From: an uncultured Oscillospiraceae bacterium
GTDB lineage: Bacteria > Bacillota > Clostridia > UMGS1883
Assembly (NCBI GenBank): GCA_964551215.1
Contig: CAZKBV010000001.1
Coordinates: forward strand, 5,412 to 69,411
DNA length: 64,000 bases
Reading direction: 5' to 3'
Numbering within the stretch: the first letter of the stretch is position 1; every line of letters begins with the position of its first letter. Both the position numbers and the translations under genes were made by a program. The notes under the pieces are model-generated. The model saw only the letters and a program-made list of their open reading frames with translations. It made no database searches and was not told the origin of the DNA. Below, piece after piece: positions 45,423-53,948 of the stretch.

Positions 45423-45719
45423 ATGAACTTTATGGGCAAAAACGTGCGCAGAAAAGATATGCCCCGGCTTATTATAAGGGCGGCGGCTCTTGTTGTTGCG
45501 TTGATGTTTCTTATTGCCGTAGGTTCAACGGTTTACGGTATCTGCGAGGTTCGCGGCGAAATCCGCGAATGCAATGACGCTATTGCACAAAAGAAAAGTG
45601 AGCTTAAGAAGCTTGAGCAAAAGAAGGAATATTACGAAAGCGACGAGTTTTTGGAAGATACAGTCCGCGGCGGCGGCTATGTTGACAACGATGAAACCGT
45701 TTTTGTAATAACCGATTAG
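45423..45719 (+). CDS. divIC: Septum formation initiator, DivIC/FtsB family
   Basis: N-terminal TM (LIIRAAALVVALMFLIAV) followed by a coiled coil (ECNDAIAQKKSELKKLEQKKEYYESDEF). GGAGGAGGAG RBS. Position after yabQ matches Bacillus divIC. Confidence 0.65.
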   Translation: MNFMGKNVRRKDMPRLIIRAAALVVALMFLIAVGSTVYGICEVRGEIRECNDAIAQKKSELKKLEQKKEYYESDEFLEDTVRGGGYVDNDETVFVITD

Positions 45720-45757
45720 GCTCGCAATTTTACACTTTGAAAGGGGTTCATACTTTT

Positions 45758-46174
45758 ATGGATCTGGAAATCGGAAGCATTGTTGAAGGCAAGGTATCGG
45801 GAATTACAGGGTTCGGCGCGTTTATTGATTTGCCCGGCAAAAAAACAGGATTGGTGCATATTTCTGAGATTGCGAGGGATTACGTAAAAGACATTCACGA
45901 CCATCTTTCCATCGGACAAACTGTAAAGGTAAAGATTTTGTCTATGGAACCTAACGGAAAAATCAGCCTTTCCATAAAAAAGGCTGTCCCCCCTCGAAGC
46001 AGTACCCCGGTCTTTACGGGAAGACCGGCGGAAATTGATTTTTCTTCCTCCGCTCAGCAGCTCAGCGAGCTTTCCTTTGAGGATAAAATGGCAAAATTTA
46101 AGCAGTCCAGCGACGAACGTATGCTTGATATAAAGCGAAATGTGGAGTCCAAACGGGGAAGCCATAGGAAGTAG
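45758..46174 (+). CDS. yabR: S1 RNA-binding domain protein YabR
   Basis: S1 domain GSIVEGKVSGITGFGAFIDLPGKKTGLVHISEIARDYVKDIHDHLSIGQTVKVKIL. ATG at 45758 with an AAAGGGG RBS. Confidence 0.75.
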   Translation: MDLEIGSIVEGKVSGITGFGAFIDLPGKKTGLVHISEIARDYVKDIHDHLSIGQTVKVKILSMEPNGKISLSIKKAVPPRSSTPVFTGRPAEIDFSSSAQQLSELSFEDKMAKFKQSSDERMLDIKRNVESKRGSHRK

Positions 46175-46248
46175 CATGGGCTGTAAAATAATAAATTTTT
46201 AATTCCACGAGAAAATTTATAAGAAAATCATTCATATAAAAATTTTAA

Positions 46249-46269
46249 GGGGCGGACAATATCCGCCCC
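46249..46269. terminator. Hairpin terminator between convergent yabR and gltB3-like genes
   Basis: GGGGCGGA caata TCCGCCCC, a perfect 8-bp GC stem flanked by A/T-rich runs on both sides. Confidence 0.5.
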
Positions 46270-46308
46270 TTAAAAATATACATAATCAAAATTTGATTTA
46301 TGAGAAAA

Positions 46309-46352
46309 GGGCTGAAAAAAACAAATACATCTGTTTTCATAGCCCTTTTTTT
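46309..46352. terminator. Second bidirectional terminator immediately after the gltB3-like stop
   Basis: GGGCTG...CATAGCCC hairpin (46309-46345) followed by TTTTTTT and preceded by AAAA. Confidence 0.5.
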
Positions 46353-46356
46353 AGTT

Positions 46357-47079
46357 TCAGTTTGCCGCAAAAAGCTCCTTATATGGATTTGCGGTATCGG
46401 GATAAACCACAAAAAACTTTCCCTTTAAAATTTCATCGGCGCTGCCGCCGAATTCCCGGCAGTATTCCTCTGTAAGGCTCCGTATTTCCTCCAAATCCGA
46501 AGAATCGGCTTCCCTTGCAAGAACACTGTTTGGCAGCTCCGAGGGCGGGCAGTCGCTGCGGAGGAAAATCTTTCCGCCGTGCATACCCGTAGCAAGGAAA
46601 TTGCCTACGGGCAACGCGCCGTTTTCTCCTATGCCAAGCACCACGATGTAGCCGCCGGCTTGGTACTCTCCAAGAAAGGAGCCGGCTCTGCTTCCTATTA
46701 CAATGGCCGGAATTTTATCCTTATAGGCTTTCATGTGTATTCCGCCCCTGTAGCCCACGCTGCTCTTGACGAAAATTTTCCCGCCCCGCATGGCGTAGCC
46801 CGTAGCGTCGCCGCTGAAGCCGTGGACATAGATTGTTCCGTCGTTCATGGTGTCGCCCATTGCGTCCTGAGCGTTGCCGTTGACACGGATAACGCCGCCG
46901 TTGAAATAGGCTCCCAAAGCGTTGCCGGGGGTGCCGTTTATTGTAATCTCACGGTCGCTCATTCCATCGCCTATAAAGCGCTGGCCGTAACATTCGTCTA
47001 TGATTATTTCTTTATCGGAGCTTTCTTCAACCGCCCTGTTAAGCTCTCTGAAATCCATTATTCCCGCTGTAATTCTCAT
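46357..47079 (-). CDS. Glutamate synthase alpha-subunit C-terminal (GXGXG) domain protein, GltB3-like
   Basis: Repeated beta-helix GXGXG motifs (INGTPGNALGAYFNGGVIRVNGNAQDAMGDTMNDGTIYVHG...). AAGGAGG RBS. Confidence 0.75.
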   Translation of the reverse strand: MRITAGIMDFRELNRAVEESSDKEIIIDECYGQRFIGDGMSDREITINGTPGNALGAYFNGGVIRVNGNAQDAMGDTMNDGTIYVHGFSGDATGYAMRGGKIFVKSSVGYRGGIHMKAYKDKIPAIVIGSRAGSFLGEYQAGGYIVVLGIGENGALPVGNFLATGMHGGKIFLRSDCPPSELPNSVLAREADSSDLEEIRSLTEEYCREFGGSADEILKGKFFVVYPDTANPYKELFAAN

Positions 47080-47091
47080 TGCGCGCCCTCC

Positions 47092-48324
47092 TTACTGAAC
47101 CTTTCTAAGCTTTTTGTCCCGTTCTTTTCCGGCAAAGGCCATAAGAACCGGAGATTTTTTTATAAGCTCGAAATCCACCGAATCTAAGGGCGTTTGCTCA
47201 CGGATAAGGGAGGTGTAAATTCCTCCTCGGCGCACGTCGCCGATGATTATATAGCCCTTCAGAAGCCCGTCCTTAACAATCAGCTTTTTATATCTCTCCT
47301 CACCGGCCTCCACATATTCCTCGCCGTCATAGCTTCCGGCGGAAATCATGTGCAGACCGAAGAAGCCTATGGCGTTCATCGGTATGCCCTTGTCGTAAAG
47401 TGCCGACGTATCCCCCGCCATATTCCGACCGGCTGTTTCTCCCTGCATATAAGCGTTGGGGAGAAGCGCCATTATTTTTTTCTGTCCGGTGGTAATATCC
47501 GTGCTTTCGGTGCAGTCACCGGCGGCATAGATATCCTTTTCGCTTGTCATGCACCTTTCGTCCGTGACAATGCCCCTGTTTACCTCAATACCGGCGTCCT
47601 TTGCCAAATCAACCGCCGGACGCACGCCCACGGCGATTACAAGAATATCGAACTCCAAAACCTTTCCGCTGTTAAGTCGGGCGCGGCCTACGTCAAATTC
47701 CTTTACGCTGTCGGAAAGAATGAACTCCACGCCGCTTTTTTCAATATGACGGCGCATAATTTCACTGCCCTTTTCGTCAAGTATGCTGGGAAGTATTCGA
47801 TCCGCCAAATCCACCACGGTAATTTTCTTAACCTTGCCGCAGATGCCCTCCGCGCATTTAAGGCCTATAAGACCGGCGCCCACAATTAGCGCCTTCTTTT
47901 CCGGGGAAAGAGCCTCGCTTAACGCCTTTGCGCTGTCCAAAGTCATAAAAGTGAACTTGTCTTTCACCTTTTCTAACCCTTCCATAGGCGGAATAAAAGG
48001 GTTTGAACCCGTGGCGATAAGAAGTTTGCCGTAGGGGATGGTTTCCCCCGTATCCGTCTCCACGATTTTTTTATCCTTATCAATTTTTGTTACGGTAACG
48101 CCCAGCTTAGCCTCCACGGCGTTATCCTCATAGAACGAATCGCTTCTGTACTTCATGCGTTCTTCGTCGGTTTTACCGTATATGAGATACGATATAAGGG
48201 GGCGGGAGTATGTGTGGTAAGGCTCCGAGGAAATAAGGGTTATTTTTCCCTCTATGTCAAGCTTGCGTATTCCCTCTACGCAGCCTATCGCTCCGGCGGA
48301 GTTGCCTATAATTACGTAATCCAT
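47092..48324 (-). CDS. FAD/NAD(P)-binding pyridine nucleotide-disulfide oxidoreductase
   Basis: N-terminal VIIGNSAGAIG and a second GAGLIGLKCAEG dinucleotide-binding motif, 410 aa. Occupies the slot of the small (NADPH-binding) subunit in the glutamate synthase cluster. Confidence 0.7.
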   Translation of the reverse strand: MDYVIIGNSAGAIGCVEGIRKLDIEGKITLISSEPYHTYSRPLISYLIYGKTDEERMKYRSDSFYEDNAVEAKLGVTVTKIDKDKKIVETDTGETIPYGKLLIATGSNPFIPPMEGLEKVKDKFTFMTLDSAKALSEALSPEKKALIVGAGLIGLKCAEGICGKVKKITVVDLADRILPSILDEKGSEIMRRHIEKSGVEFILSDSVKEFDVGRARLNSGKVLEFDILVIAVGVRPAVDLAKDAGIEVNRGIVTDERCMTSEKDIYAAGDCTESTDITTGQKKIMALLPNAYMQGETAGRNMAGDTSALYDKGIPMNAIGFFGLHMISAGSYDGEEYVEAGEERYKKLIVKDGLLKGYIIIGDVRRGGIYTSLIREQTPLDSVDFELIKKSPVLMAFAGKERDKKLRKVQ

Positions 48325-48326
48325 TA

Positions 48327-48764
48327 TCAGCCCTCCCTTTCTTCATAAACTATGGCGTTATTGGGGCAATGAGCCACGCAGCTTGGGGAATCGCAGCTGT
48401 TCTTTGTACACAGCTCGCACTTTTGCACGGCAAGACCGTCGTCGCCGGGCATGATTGCCCCGTAGGGACATACCATCACGCACGTAAAGCAGCCTACGCA
48501 CTTATCCCTGTTGATTTCAATAAGGCCGTCTTTGACGCTGAGCGCACCGGTTATGCAGCTTTTGACGCATAAAGGCTCAGTGCAGTGGCGGCAGTTTACC
48601 GCGAAGCAGACGCCGTCCCCCTCCTCAACCTTAATGCGGGGATTTATTTCTCTGTCCTTCAAAGCCGAGGCCATATCCTCCTTGCCGCTGTTGGCAAAGG
48701 CGCAGTAATATTCGCACAGATGACAGCCCAGACACCATTCCTCGTTGACATATATTCTTTTCAA
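48327..48764 (-). CDS. 4Fe-4S ferredoxin-domain protein
   Basis: 145 aa with three CxxCxxCxxxCP-like clusters. Confidence 0.65.
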   Translation of the reverse strand: MKRIYVNEEWCLGCHLCEYYCAFANSGKEDMASALKDREINPRIKVEEGDGVCFAVNCRHCTEPLCVKSCITGALSVKDGLIEINRDKCVGCFTCVMVCPYGAIMPGDDGLAVQKCELCTKNSCDSPSCVAHCPNNAIVYEEREG

Positions 48765-48789
48765 GATAAATCAGTCCTTTCCGAAGATA

Positions 48790-50295
48790 TTACTCGCCCG
48801 CGTGCTTTATGCCCAGTATTTCCAGTTCCTTTTCGTTGAGTCCGACGCCTCTGAGCATAAGACGGTTGCCCCGAAGGGCTTCAATGGAGTTAATACCCAT
48901 GCCGCCCATCATTTCCTTGATTTCACGCTGCCATGCGGTAACAAGATTCACCAGCCGCTTAGAGCCGATGTCGGGATTGAGCCGCTTAACAAGCTCCGGA
49001 CGCTGAGTGGCTATGCCCCAGTTGCACTTGCCGGTGTTGCAGGTTCGGCAAAGGTGGCAGCCCAGAGCCAAAAGCGCGGAAGTGGCTATATAACAGGCGT
49101 CCGCCCCGAGAGCTATCGCCTTTATCACATCCGCGCTGCTGCGTATGCTTCCGCCAACAACAAGACTTACGTTTTCCCGAATACCTTCGTCTCGGAGCCT
49201 TGTGTCAACCGCCGCAAGAGCCAGCTCAATGGGAATACCCACATTGTCCCTTATCCTTGTGGGAGCCGCGCCGGTGCCGCCGCGGAAGCCGTCAATGGCG
49301 ATTATATCCGCTCCGCTTCTCGCAATGCCGCTGGCAATGGCCGCGACGTTATGTACGGCGGCGATTTTTACTATTACAGGCTTTTTATACTCCGTGGCCT
49401 CCTTCAATGAGTCCACAAGCTGACGGAGATCCTCGATGGAGTAAATATCGTGGTGAGGCGCGGGAGAAATGGCGTCGGTACCTTCGGGTATCATTCTTGT
49501 GCGGCTTATATCCCCCACAATTTTCGTCCCGGGAAGATGGCCGCCTATGCCGGGCTTTGCGCCCTGACCCATTTTTATTTCCACCGCCGCGCCGGCTTCA
49601 AGATAATCCTTGAACACGCCGAAGCGTCCGCTGGCAACCTGAACTATGGTGTTTGCTCCGTACTTATAAAAATCCTTGTGAAGGCCGCCCTCGCCGGTAT
49701 TGTACAAAATTCCCAGCTCCGTTGCCGCCCTTGCAAGGCTGGCGTGGGCGTTGTAGCTGATGGAGCCGTAGCTCATTGCGCTGAACATGATAGGCACTTC
49801 CAGCTCAAGCTGAGGCTTAAGGTTGTTCACCAGATTACCCTTTTCGTCACGCTTTATCTCTCCGGATTTGCTGCCTAAGAACACCTTTGTTTCCATAGGC
49901 TCCCGAAGGGGATCGATGGAAGGATTTGTTACCTGAGAAGCGTTGATGAGAATTTTATCCCAGTATACGGGCAAAGGCTTGGGATTTCCCATTGCGCTGA
50001 GAAGCACTCCGCCCGTGTCCGCCTGACGGTAGATTTCGTATATGGCTTCATTGCTCCAGTTGGCGTTTTCCTTGAAGGTGTTATCCGTCTTTACAATTTT
50101 AAGAGCCTTTGTGGGGCATAGCGTTACGCAGCGTTGGCAGTTTACACACTTTGAAGAATCCGCAAGCATGAGGCCGCGGTCTTCGTTGTAGGAATGTACC
50201 TCGTTTGCGCACTGGCGCTGACACACGCGGCATTTTATGCACTTATTTGTATCCCGAACTACCTCGTATTCCGGGTAAAAATAATTTATTGCCAT
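48790..50295 (-). CDS. Glutamate synthase FMN-binding domain protein, GltB2-like, with N-terminal ferredoxin
   Basis: N-terminal 2x CxxCxxCxxxCP, then a TIM-barrel FMN domain with GEGG...GQGAKPGIGGHLPG and the Fe-S cluster region. Confidence 0.8.
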   Translation of the reverse strand: MAINYFYPEYEVVRDTNKCIKCRVCQRQCANEVHSYNEDRGLMLADSSKCVNCQRCVTLCPTKALKIVKTDNTFKENANWSNEAIYEIYRQADTGGVLLSAMGNPKPLPVYWDKILINASQVTNPSIDPLREPMETKVFLGSKSGEIKRDEKGNLVNNLKPQLELEVPIMFSAMSYGSISYNAHASLARAATELGILYNTGEGGLHKDFYKYGANTIVQVASGRFGVFKDYLEAGAAVEIKMGQGAKPGIGGHLPGTKIVGDISRTRMIPEGTDAISPAPHHDIYSIEDLRQLVDSLKEATEYKKPVIVKIAAVHNVAAIASGIARSGADIIAIDGFRGGTGAAPTRIRDNVGIPIELALAAVDTRLRDEGIRENVSLVVGGSIRSSADVIKAIALGADACYIATSALLALGCHLCRTCNTGKCNWGIATQRPELVKRLNPDIGSKRLVNLVTAWQREIKEMMGGMGINSIEALRGNRLMLRGVGLNEKELEILGIKHAGE

Positions 50296-50314
50296 TTAAG
50301 CTTCATCCTTTCCA

Positions 50315-51412
50315 TTAATTAATGGCGCTGTCGTTAAGAGTGAAAATGACCGGCTCGCCGCCTCTGGGAGCCCAAACCTTATCCAAATCCGGCTCGATAA
50401 TGCGTATGGCGCTTTCCTCGCTGGCGACATATGCCATGTCGCCCTTTTCGCCGATAACCATGCTTCTGAGCTTAAGCCTGTCGTTAAGAGCCATAAGGCC
50501 GCCCTCAAAGCCAAGCAGTATGGAAAACGGTCCGGTTATAAGACAGCCGCTGTACTTATTTCGGAGGAATGTGAGCTTTGCTTTTTTTTCGGGGGGCATT
50601 TTATTTATTGTGGACCAGAAGGGCGCCGCAATTGTTTGAGCCGCTTCGGTAAGGGTAAGCCCCTGCTTGCGCACAAGATAATCCAGTATATATGTTATGA
50701 CCTCCGTATCCGTAAGGAGGGTGCAGTTATAGCCGTACATTTCCACCGTGCGGCGGTTTGCGTCGTAGGAGGAAATCTCCCCGTTGTGGACAATGGAATA
50801 GTCTAACATTGCGAAGGGATGGGCGCCGCCCCACCACCCGGGAGTGTTGGTGGGATAGCGGCCATGGCAGGTCCAGCAATACGCCTCGTACTCCTCCAGA
50901 CGGTAAAAGTCACCTACATCCTCGGGGAAGCCCACCGCCTTGAACACGCCCATATCCTTTCCGGAGGAGAAAACATAGGCTCCGTCAATGTGGGTGTTTA
51001 TTTTGACCACGCACCTTACAACGAATTCCTTTTCGTCGAGCTGGCTGGCGGCAAGCTTTGTAGGCCGGGGCATTACAAAATACCGCCATATAAGAGGAAC
51101 GTCTGTTATATTTTTATTCGGACGGATCGGAATTTTGCTGAGATTCACTATATCAAAGTGCTTGTCGAGAAAGTCCTCGCAGTCTTCCTTTGCCGTTTCG
51201 TTGTCGTAAAAAACGTGAAAAGCGTAGTAATCCTTATACTGGGGATATATGCCGTAGGCGGCATATCCGCCTCCAAGTCCGTTGCTTCTGTCGTGCATAA
51301 TGGAAATGGATTTAATAATATTCTCGCCGTTTATCTTTTTCCCGCTTTTGGAAAATATGCCTGATATGGCACATCCGGCCGGAATCCTTACCTTTCCTTC
51401 CTTTTCAAGCAT
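50315..51412 (-). CDS. Class II (Ntn) glutamine amidotransferase domain protein, GltB1-like
   Basis: CAISGIF nucleophile motif at residue 14. The preceding 13 aa would be a propeptide, or the true start differs. Typical length for archaeal-type GltB1. Confidence 0.7.
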   Translation of the reverse strand: MLEKEGKVRIPAGCAISGIFSKSGKKINGENIIKSISIMHDRSNGLGGGYAAYGIYPQYKDYYAFHVFYDNETAKEDCEDFLDKHFDIVNLSKIPIRPNKNITDVPLIWRYFVMPRPTKLAASQLDEKEFVVRCVVKINTHIDGAYVFSSGKDMGVFKAVGFPEDVGDFYRLEEYEAYCWTCHGRYPTNTPGWWGGAHPFAMLDYSIVHNGEISSYDANRRTVEMYGYNCTLLTDTEVITYILDYLVRKQGLTLTEAAQTIAAPFWSTINKMPPEKKAKLTFLRNKYSGCLITGPFSILLGFEGGLMALNDRLKLRSMVIGEKGDMAYVASEESAIRIIEPDLDKVWAPRGGEPVIFTLNDSAIN

Positions 51413-51725
51413 TTAAACCATCCTCTCCGTATTTGTGCTGCATATTAATTTATGTTATTGAATATGAACAAATAAAAAAACGCCCCGATTTTTACCGCAT
51501 AAGACAATCTTTGCGCAATAAAAAATCGAAACGCCGTTGTTTCGCCTTTCATTTTAACAGAAGCGGAGGCGTTTGTCAAGAGTTTTTGGGAATAAAGCAA
51601 GTTTCAATTAATGGTAAAACCGAATTCGTGAAAAGACTTTGTAAATAATAACAAAATAAAAGATGAACAATTTATGAATTATATCACTTTTTACCAAAGT
51701 TTGTTTTTTGTCGAAAAAAGGCTTG

Positions 51726-51754
51726 ACTTTTGGAATTTACAGGAGTATCATATA
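51726..51754 (+). promoter_or_regulatory. Sigma-A promoter for amt-glnB fusion gene, followed by a leader hairpin plus U-tract
   Basis: TTGACT, 17-nt spacer, TATCAT. Immediately downstream is AAGGTGC...GCACCTT followed by TTATTTTTTTATTTATTT, at ~51771-51818. Confidence 0.4.
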
Positions 51755-52001
51755 GTCATAGCAAAGGTGCTGTGGAGTTGTTTCAATTTCTGCCGCACCT
51801 TATTTTTTTATTTATTTCCGAATAAAAAAATAAGGCGGAGCGGTAATTTGAAACGGCGCCGCGGCATAATCTGCTAAAGGGCGGTTCTGTTTCGGGCCGC
51901 CAAAGTACAATGGCGTACTGACCGGCGAGAAGGCTTTCCCTCTCGCGGTAAGTGCGCTCTTTTCATTTTATTCGGCTAAATGTCGAGAGGAGGAAATTTT
52001 T

Positions 52002-53765
52002 ATGAGTCAAGAGGTTATTCAGTTCATCAGCGACAACGTGTTCGGCGTATGGTTCCTGATCGGCGCGGCCTTGGTTTTCTGGATGCAGGCGGGCTTCGCC
52101 ATGGTGGAGGCCGGCTTCACCAGAGCAAAAAACACCGGTAACATCCTGATGAAAAACCTGATGGACTTCTGTATAGGTACGGTAATGTTCATCCTTATCG
52201 GTTTTTCACTGCTTTTGGGCGAAGATATGATAGGTCTTATCGGAAAGCCCGGCTTTGACATCTTCACAGCCTATGAAAGCTTCGATTTCTCTAATTTCGT
52301 ATTTAACCTTGTTTTCTGCGCAACAACGGCGACGATAGTTTCCGGCGCGATGGCGGAAAGAACAAAGTTCCTTTCCTACTGTGTATATTCAGCGGTTATT
52401 TCCGCCCTTATCTACCCCATCGAAGCTCACTGGATCTGGGGCGGCGGCTGGCTCAGTCAGCTTGGCTTCCACGATTTCGCCGGTTCCTGCGCGATTCACA
52501 TGGTGGGCGGCACCTGCGCATTCGTCGGCGCGGCGATTCTCGGTCCCCGTATCGGCAAATTCAACAAGGATAAGGCGGGAAAGGTAACTAAAGTAAACGC
52601 CATTCCCGGCCACAATATAGCCTTGGGGTGCCTCGGCTGCTTCATACTATGGTTAGGCTGGTACGGCTTCAACGGCGCCGCCGCAACAAGCATTGAACAG
52701 CTCGGCTCCATATTCCTGACGACAACCGTGGCGCCTTCCGTAGCCACTGTGGTATGTATGATATTCACATGGATAAAATACGGAAAGCCCGACGTTTCAA
52801 TGTGTCTTAACGCTTCTCTTGCCGGACTTGTCGCGATTACGGCTCCCTGTGACGTTACGGACTGCTTCGGTGCTATTGTAATCGGCGCGGTTGCCGGACT
52901 TCTGGTTGTATTCGGAGTATGGCTTCTTGACCACAAGCTCCACATTGATGACCCTGTCGGCGCGGTTGCGGTTCACTTTGTGAACGGTATCTGGGGTACA
53001 ATCGCCGTAGGTCTTTTCGCTACAAACACGGCTCCCGGCTACAGCATCGCCAACTCTGCCGGCAAGGAACTGGTAGGTCTGTTCTACGGCGGCGGCTTTG
53101 AGCTTCTGGGGCTTCAGCTTCTGGGCGTAATTTCCGTTCTCGCTTGGGCGGCTGTTACAATTACGATTACCTTCCTTCTCATCAAGGCAATTTTTGGCCT
53201 GAGAGTAAGCGAGGAAGAAGAAATTTCGGGTCTGGATTACACGGAGCACGGCCTTGAAAGCGCGTATCCCGACTTCGCTCCCGCCATCGTTTCCGAGGAA
53301 TATCCTTCCCTCCCCGGCGCGGCTCCCGCCGTTACCGTGAAGAAGGATACCGTTCCCGTAAAGGTTGTAAAAACAAAGGAAAAAATTGTGGACGAAAACG
53401 GGCATACCATCAGCAAGGTGGTTATTGTCACGAAGCAGTCTAAGTTCGAGGTTCTTAAGGACGCCATGTCCGACATAGGCGTAACAGGCATGACCGTTAC
53501 GCAGGTCGTAGGCTGCGGAATCCAGAAGGGCAAGACCACCTATTACAGAGGCGTGGCCCGGGAGATGAATATGCTGCCTAAGATAAAGGTTGAAATCGTC
53601 GTAAGCGCCGTTCCCGTAGAGGCAGTTGTTGACGCGGCCAAGAAAGCTCTTTACACAGGCAACATCGGCGACGGAAAGATATTCGTGTACGACGTTGAAA
53701 ACGTAATCAAGGTACGTACCGGCGAGGAAGGCTATGACGCTCTTCAGGGCGAGGATCAGTGGTAA
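52002..53765 (+). CDS. amt: Ammonium transporter fused to a C-terminal PII (GlnB/GlnK-like) domain
   Basis: Residues 1-~410 have the Amt/MEP 11-TM pattern (FWMQAGFAMVEAGF, HMVGGT). A ~55-aa linker is followed by a complete PII fold (KVVIVTKQSKFEVLKDAMSDIGVTGMTVTQVVGCGIQKG...KIKVEIVVSAVPVEAVVDAAKKALYTGNIGDGKIFV). GAGGAGG RBS. Confidence 0.85.
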   Translation: MSQEVIQFISDNVFGVWFLIGAALVFWMQAGFAMVEAGFTRAKNTGNILMKNLMDFCIGTVMFILIGFSLLLGEDMIGLIGKPGFDIFTAYESFDFSNFVFNLVFCATTATIVSGAMAERTKFLSYCVYSAVISALIYPIEAHWIWGGGWLSQLGFHDFAGSCAIHMVGGTCAFVGAAILGPRIGKFNKDKAGKVTKVNAIPGHNIALGCLGCFILWLGWYGFNGAAATSIEQLGSIFLTTTVAPSVATVVCMIFTWIKYGKPDVSMCLNASLAGLVAITAPCDVTDCFGAIVIGAVAGLLVVFGVWLLDHKLHIDDPVGAVAVHFVNGIWGTIAVGLFATNTAPGYSIANSAGKELVGLFYGGGFELLGLQLLGVISVLAWAAVTITITFLLIKAIFGLRVSEEEEISGLDYTEHGLESAYPDFAPAIVSEEYPSLPGAAPAVTVKKDTVPVKVVKTKEKIVDENGHTISKVVIVTKQSKFEVLKDAMSDIGVTGMTVTQVVGCGIQKGKTTYYRGVAREMNMLPKIKVEIVVSAVPVEAVVDAAKKALYTGNIGDGKIFVYDVENVIKVRTGEEGYDALQGEDQW

Positions 53766-53948
53766 AATTTTTTAAATAAGACATTTTTAAATAAGACATA
53801 AGAAAAAAGCTCTTGAATCAGTCCGAAAGGGTCTGATATCAAGAGCTTTTTTCGCCGCTCTGTTGACATAAAATCGGAAACGGCCGAAAAAAGCGGCGCG
53901 AACCTTTGTCCCGCGCTGTTTTTTCGGCCCGTTTTGTCTTTCGCTTCT

